A stretch of 16,414 nucleotides of DNA from Deinococcales bacterium (GTDB taxonomy: Bacteria > Deinococcota > Deinococci > Deinococcales > JAAFIG01). The stretch covers positions 1-16,414 of the forward strand of contig JAYWGM010000084.1 of the NCBI GenBank assembly GCA_043778225.1, read 5' to 3'. Under the pieces are notes generated by a model. The model saw only the letters and a program-made list of their open reading frames with translations, was not told the origin of the DNA and made no database searches. The translations under genes were made by a program, and so were the position numbers. Positions within the stretch are counted from its first letter, which is position 1; each line of letters opens with the position of its first letter. Below are positions 9,501 to 16,101 of the stretch, in pieces.

Positions 9501-10024
9501 CACAGAATCAATTGACCCAAGCACGAACCGAACTCGAAAAAATACGCGAACATCAACTCGAAAAAGTCTCACGTATCTGGGAAGCCCGCATCACCATCGA
9601 ACTTGGTGATGGCTTTGTCCTCGAAACACCAAAACTCGAGCCGCAGGAATATGGCTATGGTTATTACTTATTGACTCAAGCCTTACTTGCTTTGTCGTTT
9701 GGTGACTACCAAAAAGTCTGGGATATGACCATCGAAACAACCCATGACTCAGACTGGCATTGGGCATTGGCTCGAGTTCATGCAGGTTGGCGATTGGGAC
9801 AACTGGATGAGGAAGCCATTAAGAAAGTGCTTGAAGGTACTGCAAATGACCCTGCAATCACGACCGAATTAACCCAAGAATATGCCGAATTTATTCGTCT
9901 GGTGCTGGGAATATGGACATTAGAAAATCGTCGGCGGCTCGAGTTAGCAGCCCAACACTATTTGGCTACCCCAATTGGTGTGTTGGCTCGAGATGTCATG
10001 CTTTCACTAGCAGACGCTTCATAA
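6599..10024 (+). CDS. Hanks-type Ser/Thr kinase fused to a STAND-like P-loop ATPase and a TPR region
   Basis: Kinase motifs GAGAMG, VAIKK, HRDLKPDN, DFG, YMAPE, DLYALG. ATPase motifs LIGRESEL, Walker A GDVGTGKT, Walker B-like VALENLHWAD, GGNP, FRFTHP. Helical TPR-like C-terminus (WNDLGLVYY, YNRALCLY). No transmembrane segment seen. Confidence 0.9.
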   Translation: MTVATSQRYQFVRELGAGAMGQVSLALDTQTGTLVAIKKMHEMVALTGGARMRREFRSLSQIDHPNVVRVLELGEERGMPFLVMEFIKGQDLSDWLGTNPDFPTIAKMFAGIAGALGAVHEKGVIHRDLKPDNIRVTTEGQPKLMDFGLAKTMEGTVALTKVGAMVGTALYMAPEQCRGAQLDYRADLYALGAVLYWALTGQPPFMGDSIVQVIMQHIQQAPVPPRSRNPNIPESLETICLALLAKNPAERPSSAASVREALLRALEAPFSQTIQLEAQSARADALLLAPLIGRESELESLAGLFETGLGGLHTLVGDVGTGKTRLLRALGERAQISGARLGIGEAIQDDPTPFGTVKRLIENLEKHYRFIFDEVSETSRSELARIAPQFGSAPPSDSNLPAEVARLRLFEAFTELLERVSSLTVVALENLHWADESTLALLAHALRAAPDARVIISYRLEDLPEGQLAPKGFPKPRKTIQLTALTDEQMRELLQALLGGEIETALETELVSHAGGNPWVLEERLKAMLENGAIQRRAQVYEWNRSLTGVPESLGELLAHRLAVLEPNVLEFARAASILGRAFWFEDARAMLDWNDDDALDALESLSRARLIAETPGTNGEGFRFTHPMYNELLREGIMRLKRKRLHAKAATLRLGKAEPLELAEHWYAAENYHQALEFAMLAGTSAQAAFAYPQAERAYRLVLEAATHLENDNSASEAQQLLRMQAKHHLGEVLSASGKTAEAQDLWRDVIEHAQWLPNSSELIAKAKVNLVRLLRQAGSIETALELIGEPKTEDALFTQLSIELAATLRQKDPKKARAYALRALTYAKKQNDFLGIALALRSLAKTLEIGKRAIFLAKKAVFYASESTNVYILGAIWNDLGLVYYNSNDRKNAFEAWENAQKYIETVGDMNLLTTIETNKALILMQELNFNQAEQMFNRTEQLFSRMGFVQNERYAIYNRALCLYAQNQLTQARTELEKIREHQLEKVSRIWEARITIELGDGFVLETPKLEPQEYGYGYYLLTQALLALSFGDYQKVWDMTIETTHDSDWHWALARVHAGWRLGQLDEEAIKKVLEGTANDPAITTELTQEYAEFIRLVLGIWTLENRRRLELAAQHYLATPIGVLARDVMLSLADAS

Positions 10025-10065
10025 ATATAATCTTTTCAATTTACTCATCTAATTTTTCAAGGCTC

Positions 10066-10074
10066 TGCTAGGAT
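10066..10074 (+). promoter_or_regulatory. Extended -10 promoter for a leaderless transcript of the lipoprotein
   Basis: TGcTAGGAT (10066-10074), 6 nt before the ATG at 10081; no canonical Shine-Dalgarno. Confidence 0.55.
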
Positions 10075-10080
10075 ACAAGC

Positions 10081-11082
10081 ATGAAAATGCAAATGCTGGT
10101 TTGTCTTGCGACCACTGTCTTAATTTTGACAGGCTGTCCAACAACTCGTCCACTGGATCAACAAAATCAACAAAATCTACGTGAGTTTGGACCAAAAGCG
10201 GTTGCAAATTCGACCCAGTTTCTGCGTGGCGCTCCTGTCTCCTCAGAATCTGCTACGCTTTATATCCAACAATTCTCAAGCCAAAATCCAGAAGTTCGTG
10301 CGCTTATCGCTAAAACTCCTAAGAATTTAGGTATATTGCTTTCCCCTATCCAGCCACAAACAAATAGCTTGCAGGGAGTCGCAAATTTAATTCCAGCCTT
10401 TTCAAAGTTTAAGCTCCAACCACAGGCGGGTGGAAACGCTTGTGGTCCTGCCACTCCACCCCTAGACAATGATGGCGATGGCATTCCAAATCTATTTAAT
10501 TACACATTTGATTGTGGCGGAGCATTTTATGATGGTAAAGCTGCTGTCCTTACGGGGACTGTCTTTATAGATGACAAAGGTGATAACGACCCGAATAGTG
10601 GCTATGATGTCAAACTGACCAATTTAATTTTTGCCACTGTAGATACCACTGTCACTCCCAATACTGCATATGGCTTCGGCACGAATTTAGACACACAAGT
10701 CAAAGTTGGTAGTGGCGGCAAATACACTATTTCGCAGTCTTTGGAGTTTGCGGTCGTTGAAGTTAGTGGTAATAAAGTCTCAACTTCTGAATATATTTCA
10801 AATGGCACTTTTGAGTATACCCCTCAAGCCAATGCAGCCAGCAATGACCGTTTTGGTCGAGGCACATTAAAATTCGATAATAAGTTTGCCTTCAAGCTAA
10901 ACAAAAATGGCGAAAAATACGAATCGAGCTTGCAGTTTTCTTCGACTGGAATGATTGTAGATCGTGATGGTTGTGGAAGCGAAAAAATGGTCAACAGTGG
11001 CAACGTCAAATTCACCGACGGTAAAAACACCTTGACTTGGACAATTACGGGTTGCGGCGACGGAACTTGGAATTACCAATAA
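10081..11082 (+). CDS. Uncharacterised beta-rich lipoprotein
   Basis: MKMQMLVCLATTVLILTG-C lipobox; DNDGDG Ca-binding-like loop; four further Cys; Thr/Asn/Gly-rich beta-strand pattern. Confidence 0.8.
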   Translation: MKMQMLVCLATTVLILTGCPTTRPLDQQNQQNLREFGPKAVANSTQFLRGAPVSSESATLYIQQFSSQNPEVRALIAKTPKNLGILLSPIQPQTNSLQGVANLIPAFSKFKLQPQAGGNACGPATPPLDNDGDGIPNLFNYTFDCGGAFYDGKAAVLTGTVFIDDKGDNDPNSGYDVKLTNLIFATVDTTVTPNTAYGFGTNLDTQVKVGSGGKYTISQSLEFAVVEVSGNKVSTSEYISNGTFEYTPQANAASNDRFGRGTLKFDNKFAFKLNKNGEKYESSLQFSSTGMIVDRDGCGSEKMVNSGNVKFTDGKNTLTWTITGCGDGTWNYQ

Positions 11083-11100
11083 ATTTAGCTCGAGCTTTGC

Positions 11101-11129
11101 AGTGCAGCTTTCAACGGCTGCACTTTTTT
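11101..11129 (+). terminator. Intrinsic terminator after the lipoprotein gene
   Basis: AGTGCAGC (11101-11108) / GCTGCACT (11117-11124) stem followed by a T run to 11129. Confidence 0.8.
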
Positions 11130-11145
11130 CTTGGTAAGTTAAAGC

Positions 11146-12054
11146 ATGAACCTAGACCCACGTTTAGAAGTTTTTGCCAAACACCGCACTGTCCGTAAAT
11201 ATAAACCCCAGCCACTCGAGGACGGGCATCTCGAGCAAATTTTATACTGCGCTCAACACGCCCCAACCGATGCCACAGCGCAGATGTACAGCTTTATTCG
11301 CTTAACTGGCGAAACCAAAACTCGAGTTGCGGAACTGACCAACAATGCCCATATCGAGACTGCTGCCGAGGCTTTTATTATTTGTGCCGATGTGCAGCGC
11401 CTAAAGCTTTTACTCGAGCATCAAGGCTATGAATTTGGCTCATGGAGTGCGGTGGCGGTTCATTTTGGCATTGGCGACGCAGTGCTGGCTGGTCAAACGA
11501 TGCTTCATGCCGCCGAGTGCTTGGGCTATCAAGGCTGCTGGATTGGTGGGGTTCTGAGTGCGCTCGAGCAGATTATTGAATTGTGCGAGTTACCAAACGG
11601 GGTGCTGCCCTTTGCGGGTCTAACAATTGGTGTACCCGATGAAACCCCAGCCCAGCGCCCACGCATCCAGTCAGAACTGGTCATGCACCAAAATACGTAC
11701 CGTATGCCAACCACTACCGAACTCGAGACCGCCCTACAAGACATGGCAGCCATCACCGCCAGAGGCGATTGGGCGCAGAGTCTAGCCCGTTATTTTGCCA
11801 AAGGCGGCACGATGGAAGCTCGAGAAATCAGCTTGCGACGCGCCCTCGAGCAGCAGGGCTTTAACCATGTAGAAAGCGACACCAACACCCTTTTTGCTCG
11901 AGCCGAAAGCGCTGGCTACCCAGAACTGCTGATTCGGCGTGGTCTGCAAGGATTTCAGGCGTGGGTTGACCGCCCAGAAAAAGCCCATGGTGGTCAGGGC
12001 GATACCCCAAGCGCTGCCCTCGAGAATGCCGTTTTGGAAGCCGAACGCGACTGA
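11146..12054 (+). CDS. NfsA/FRP-family nitroreductase (flavin reductase) with C-terminal extension
   Basis: [61 protein letters not shown], and the NfsA-like end motif LEQQGF followed by about 63 extra residues. Confidence 0.85.
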   Translation: MNLDPRLEVFAKHRTVRKYKPQPLEDGHLEQILYCAQHAPTDATAQMYSFIRLTGETKTRVAELTNNAHIETAAEAFIICADVQRLKLLLEHQGYEFGSWSAVAVHFGIGDAVLAGQTMLHAAECLGYQGCWIGGVLSALEQIIELCELPNGVLPFAGLTIGVPDETPAQRPRIQSELVMHQNTYRMPTTTELETALQDMAAITARGDWAQSLARYFAKGGTMEAREISLRRALEQQGFNHVESDTNTLFARAESAGYPELLIRRGLQGFQAWVDRPEKAHGGQGDTPSAALENAVLEAERD

Positions 12055-12281
12055 TTAACATATTTTGGTATGACTCGAGCTTTTTGATTGCAAATGCGCT
12101 ACAATGTCAGCCATGTCCAAATGCAAGGCTCAACAATTTGTCTCGAGTAGGCATTTTTTGTGTGCTGGTCATCTCAATCAACACCCAGATTGCGAAGTTT
12201 TTTTTTACACCCCAATCACCTAACCTCGAGAAAAGCGACCGTCAAATTTGGCTTATTCGCCCTTTTTCTTTGGAGGTTTTT

Positions 12282-13442
12282 ATGTACGACCCTAAACCCG
12301 AACATCACTTTACTTTTGGACTCTGGACAGTTGGCAATATCGGGCGCGACCCGTTTGGCAACCCGACCCGCAGCCCGCTTTCTGCGCCGTATATTGTCCA
12401 TAAACTCGCCGAGCTTGGTGCGTATGGCGTAAATCTGCACGACAACGATTTGATTCCTATTGATGCCACGGCTGGCGAACGTGATCAGCTTTTGCGTGAT
12501 TTCAAAAAAGCCTTGGCAGATACTGGCATGAAAGTTCCGATGGCAACCACCAACTTATTTGGCGACCCCGCCTTTAAGGATGGGGCTTTTACCAATGCCA
12601 ATGCCCAAATTCGTGGTTATGCGATTCAAAAAGCGATGCAGAGCATGGATTTGGGGGCAGAACTGGGCGCAGAAACCTATGTCTTTTGGGGTGGACGCGA
12701 AGGCGCAGAAGTGGACGCTGGCGGCAATACCTTGAATGCTTTAGCCTATATGCGCGAAGCCATGAATTTTTTAGCCGAGTACAGCCAAGACCAAAAGTAT
12801 GGTTTTAAGTTTGCGATCGAACCCAAGCCCAACGAACCTCGAGGCGATATTTACTTTCCTGTGGTTGGTGCGGCGCTGGCATTTATTTACACGCTCGACC
12901 AACCCGATTTGTTTGGCTTAAACCCCGAAGTTGCCCACGAAACGATGGCTGGCTTAAATTTTGTTCATGCCGTAGCCCAAGCCATAGATGCAAAAAAACT
13001 TTTTCATATTGACCTCAACGACCAAAAAATGGGGCGCTTTGACCAAGACTTGCGCTTTGGTGCAGAAAACATCAAACAAGCCTTTTTGCTGGTCAAATTA
13101 CTCGAGGATACTGGCTACGCTGGCATGAAGCACTTTGATGCTCACGCCCTGCGAACCGAGGACGAAGCTGGCGTTTGGGAATTTGCCAAAGGCTGTATGA
13201 GAACCTATTTGATTTTGTCCGAGAAAGTCAAACAATTTAATAGCAATACCGAAATTCAAGCCTTACTCGAGTATTACCACCTCAAAGACCCGACAGTCTC
13301 GAGCTTGACTGCCAAGTACAGCCCAGACAATGCGGCTGCCCTGAAAGCCCACAGCTTTGACCGTGTAGCGCTTGGCGCTCGTGGACCCGGACTCGAGAAA
13401 ATTGACCAACTGACGATGGAACTCTTGATGGGTATTGGCTAA
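12282..13442 (+). CDS. xylA: Xylose isomerase (class I, Thermus/Streptomyces type), 386 aa
   Basis: [81 protein letters not shown] at 12272-12276 before ATG 12282 (not the 12084 start in the track). Confidence 0.96.
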   Translation: MYDPKPEHHFTFGLWTVGNIGRDPFGNPTRSPLSAPYIVHKLAELGAYGVNLHDNDLIPIDATAGERDQLLRDFKKALADTGMKVPMATTNLFGDPAFKDGAFTNANAQIRGYAIQKAMQSMDLGAELGAETYVFWGGREGAEVDAGGNTLNALAYMREAMNFLAEYSQDQKYGFKFAIEPKPNEPRGDIYFPVVGAALAFIYTLDQPDLFGLNPEVAHETMAGLNFVHAVAQAIDAKKLFHIDLNDQKMGRFDQDLRFGAENIKQAFLLVKLLEDTGYAGMKHFDAHALRTEDEAGVWEFAKGCMRTYLILSEKVKQFNSNTEIQALLEYYHLKDPTVSSLTAKYSPDNAAALKAHSFDRVALGARGPGLEKIDQLTMELLMGIG

Positions 13443-13454
13443 ACTTCTACTTCT

Positions 13455-13493
13455 GCTCGAGCCATTGTTCTTGTATACTGGCTCGAGTTTTTT
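13455..13493 (+). terminator. Intrinsic terminator after xylA, built from two CTCGAG copies
   Basis: CTCGAGCCA (13456-13464) / TGGCTCGAG (13479-13487) stem followed by T6 (13488-13493). Confidence 0.6.
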
Positions 13494-14117
13494 ATGAACA
13501 TTTTTTCTTTGATGCGCGAACCAATCAACACCATCACTCATGGAATCGGGGCTGTCATGGCACTCGTTTTTACCATTCTGATGGTGGTGCTGTCTGGTGG
13601 GCAGTGGGTTTTTGGCGTTTTTGGTATCAGCATGGTGATTTGTTATACCGCCAGCACCTTGCATCATGGAGTGCGTTCGAGTGCCACAATCGAAGAAGGC
13701 TTACGCCGTTTTGACCACAGCGCTATTTATTTGCTGATTGCTGGAACATACACCCCAATTCTGTGGAATGTTCTCGAGGGACAAGCCCGTCTGTACTGGC
13801 TGCTAGGAGTCTGGGGCATGGCTGGACTGGGCATCGTCTTAAAAACTTTTTCAAGACCTCCAGAGTGGCTTTCCTTGTCTATTTATGTTGGCATGGGCTG
13901 GTTAGCGGTGCTGCTCTTGCCTAAATTTATTTCTGGTTTATCGTTGGCGGCACTGGTTGCCCTCGTGATTGGTGGACTGTGTTATACCTTTGGCGTACCA
14001 TTTTATGCGCTCGGCACTCGAGTCTTAAAAAAGGGTTTATGGACATCGCACGAAATCTGGCATTTATTTGTCTTGGCTGGCAGCATAAGCCATTTTGTGA
14101 TGGCAATCAATCTTTAA
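13494..14117 (+). CDS. Haemolysin III / PAQR family membrane protein (TrhA/YqfA-like)
   Basis: EPINTITHGIG, ASTLHH, RRFDHSAIYLLIAGTYTP, YVGMGW, GGLCYTFG, HEIWHLFVLAGS..HF; about 7 hydrophobic segments. Confidence 0.92.
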   Translation: MNIFSLMREPINTITHGIGAVMALVFTILMVVLSGGQWVFGVFGISMVICYTASTLHHGVRSSATIEEGLRRFDHSAIYLLIAGTYTPILWNVLEGQARLYWLLGVWGMAGLGIVLKTFSRPPEWLSLSIYVGMGWLAVLLLPKFISGLSLAALVALVIGGLCYTFGVPFYALGTRVLKKGLWTSHEIWHLFVLAGSISHFVMAINL

Positions 14118-15756
14118 TTTTTGGATGGGTGCTGTTGCGTCCAGCATTTTTTGCGGCATACAAAGCCCGGTCTGCAATTTCAAACAACTTATCTTGATGT
14201 TCAAACGATGTATCATCACACCAGCCAAGGCTAATGGTGACTTTTAAGTCTGGATCAATATCGGTGAAATCCAGCAAAGCAATGACCTCACGGATTCGTT
14301 CACACAAACGGTAGACCGCCACACCACCAATCCCCGGCAACACCAAAGCAAATTCCTCGCCACCATAACGAGCCACCAAATCATGTTCTCGGCAATGATT
14401 GTGCAGAATTTTAGCAATGCGTTGCAAAACTTGATCGCCTGAAGCGTGCAAATATTTATCGTTGACCAACTTAAAATGATCAATATCCAATAAAACAACA
14501 CTGAATTTGGTACGTGCTTCTCGAGCTTCGGCAAAGACTCGAGCCACAAAAGTTTCTAAAGTCCGACGGTTGGCAAGACCAGTTAAGGCATCCTCGCTGG
14601 CTTGACGATCCAATTGGGCATTTAAGTGGGTTAATTCTTCAGAACGCTGTTGATACCAAATGGTTTCGCGGCGAATGTTTTCGCGTTCGATTTTGACGGC
14701 TAAAGCCTGTGCTTGACGTTCGGCGCTCTCGGTACGCACCAAAGAATCAAATCTATAAAACAGTTCAAAATGCTCCAAAGCCTGTTCAAATTCTCTACGC
14801 GCCCGAAAGACCTTATAAAACTCTTTATGCACCTCGGACAAAAGTTTCTTAGCAGTATTAACCTCAAAATGCGCTCGAGCTTGGGTGAGACACTTTAATG
14901 CAACCTCAAACTGACGTTGCGACGCAAAAACCCGTCCAAACTGCAATTCGCACTCACCAAGCGACTCGAGCGAACCATAGCGTGTTGCATGAACTGTCGC
15001 CTGTTTAACTGCCTCTTCAGCAACATCAAAGCGCTCGAGACCACACATGATTTTAGACTTAATGGTGTAGGCATCAACAAGTAAAGCCTGATCATCCGCC
15101 CGAATTAAATAGGTTAGTGCCAAATCCAAATGCTTGAGCGCAATGTGTAAGTCGTCAGGTTGAAATCCTGCACCCTTGTCTTCGATAAGCACATTCGCTA
15201 GTGCCATCAGCGCACCACCTTCGGCTCGAGTTCGTCCCATTTTGCGTGCCAAAGTAATGGCTTGGTGAGCATAATCAATCGCAATGCTCCAGCCCTTCAA
15301 ATGCCGATGCGTTTGACTCAGATAAATCAGGCTGGCTAGTCGCCCACCTTCATTTTGATGGGTTGCAGCTAACTCAAGCGTATCTTCAAAAATCTGAAGG
15401 GCATCGGAATAATCTCCGAGATCTAAATAAAGCGTCCCAATTTCTACTTGACAGGCTATTGCCATTGCAAAAGCCTCAGACAAACAATACAAATCAAAGG
15501 ATTTAAAGTAATTTTCCAGAGCTTGCTTAATTTCAGATTTTCGCAAATGAACTTTGGCGATCCAGCGTAGTCCAAAAGCACGCATGGTATGTTGATTTTC
15601 ACTTGCAGCAATGAGTAACTGTGTACCTAACTCCAATTGAGTCTCAGCAGAACTTTCTATAAATTCAATGTAAACCGCACTAAAGACAGCAGGCATTTCC
15701 TCAGCAATAGAAACACGGCTGATTCGATTGACAGCGCTCTGGATATTTGGTTTCAT
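14107..15756 (-). CDS. Cytoplasmic TPR-domain diguanylate cyclase (TPR-coiled coil-GGDEF)
   Basis: About 340 aa of TPR-like helices, coiled linker, DALTGLANRR, LLDIDHFKLVND, I-site RxxD (REHD), active site RYGGEEF, ADRALYAAKNAGRN. No signal peptide or transmembrane segment. The 3' end overlaps the convergent hlyIII gene by 11 nt. Confidence 0.92.
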   Translation of the reverse strand: MKPNIQSAVNRISRVSIAEEMPAVFSAVYIEFIESSAETQLELGTQLLIAASENQHTMRAFGLRWIAKVHLRKSEIKQALENYFKSFDLYCLSEAFAMAIACQVEIGTLYLDLGDYSDALQIFEDTLELAATHQNEGGRLASLIYLSQTHRHLKGWSIAIDYAHQAITLARKMGRTRAEGGALMALANVLIEDKGAGFQPDDLHIALKHLDLALTYLIRADDQALLVDAYTIKSKIMCGLERFDVAEEAVKQATVHATRYGSLESLGECELQFGRVFASQRQFEVALKCLTQARAHFEVNTAKKLLSEVHKEFYKVFRARREFEQALEHFELFYRFDSLVRTESAERQAQALAVKIERENIRRETIWYQQRSEELTHLNAQLDRQASEDALTGLANRRTLETFVARVFAEAREARTKFSVVLLDIDHFKLVNDKYLHASGDQVLQRIAKILHNHCREHDLVARYGGEEFALVLPGIGGVAVYRLCERIREVIALLDFTDIDPDLKVTISLGWCDDTSFEHQDKLFEIADRALYAAKNAGRNSTHPKIKD

Positions 15757-15815
15757 AGTAAAGACCCAAACACAAGTCTGGATAATACCCTAAACTTGTC
15801 TCTGCCCTCTAACGA

Positions 15816-15983
15816 CTAGCAGTCGCTTCCACAAAAACGTTTTGCCCCTGAAGGTGGCGATGTTGGTTTATCTTCTGGACTGGTGCTGGATTCGCTCGAG
15901 ACTTGATCAACTCCGCCAGCCGCAACTGTTGCTCCAAGAAGACAAAGTAATAGCCCCAACCCGATTATTAATTTCTTAATCAT
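15816..15983 (-). CDS. Small secreted peptide (55 aa), candidate signalling pro-peptide
   Basis: MIKKLIIGLGLLLCLLGATVAA (Sec-type signal), a Ser/Thr/Pro/acidic linker, then KR-FCGSDC-stop. GGGGG SD-like run 5 nt upstream of ATG 15983; ends 59 nt before the TPR-GGDEF start. Confidence 0.75.
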   Translation of the reverse strand: MIKKLIIGLGLLLCLLGATVAAGGVDQVSSESSTSPEDKPTSPPSGAKRFCGSDC

Positions 15984-16007
15984 TTGAACCCCCGTTTGAT
16001 CACACAA

Positions 16008-16061
16008 AATGTACACAAACTGACCTTACAGCAGACTTACTGTAAGAATTTCGTAAGAATT
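16008..16061 (-). promoter_or_regulatory. Promoter/operator of the peptide gene: -10 TACATT plus four CTTAC/GTAAG boxes
   Basis: Minus-strand -10 TACATT at 16013-16008. CTTAC at 16025 and 16036, GTAAG at 16042 and 16053 (11-bp period within each pair, dyad centred on 16041). No consensus -35. Confidence 0.6.
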
Positions 16062-16101
16062 AAATTGACCTGTCAATCACAAACTAAAAGCCTCTTTTGC
16101 G

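Noticed and set aside
12087..12105. ATTG...CAAT dyad as a LacI/XylR operator for xylA
   Set aside because: Symmetry is limited to 4 bp at the ends and does not fit a known operator spacing.
12084..12281. 66-aa N-terminal extension of XylA from a TTG start
   Set aside because: Family similarity starts at MYDPKPEH (12282), which has a GGAGG RBS.
13494..14117. Haemolysin III as a virulence toxin
   Set aside because: The family is widespread in non-pathogens and linked to membrane homeostasis; nothing in the context suggests a toxin.
561..15819. Numerous short ORFs antisense to or nested in the main genes (e.g. 3581..4006, 8511..8876, 13263..13667)
   Set aside because: Fully overlap well-supported genes, with no motifs or translation signals.
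15984..16016. Upstream GTG start for the peptide ORF (66 aa)
   Set aside because: It overlaps the putative -10; ATG 15983 has an SD-like run and gives a canonical signal peptide.
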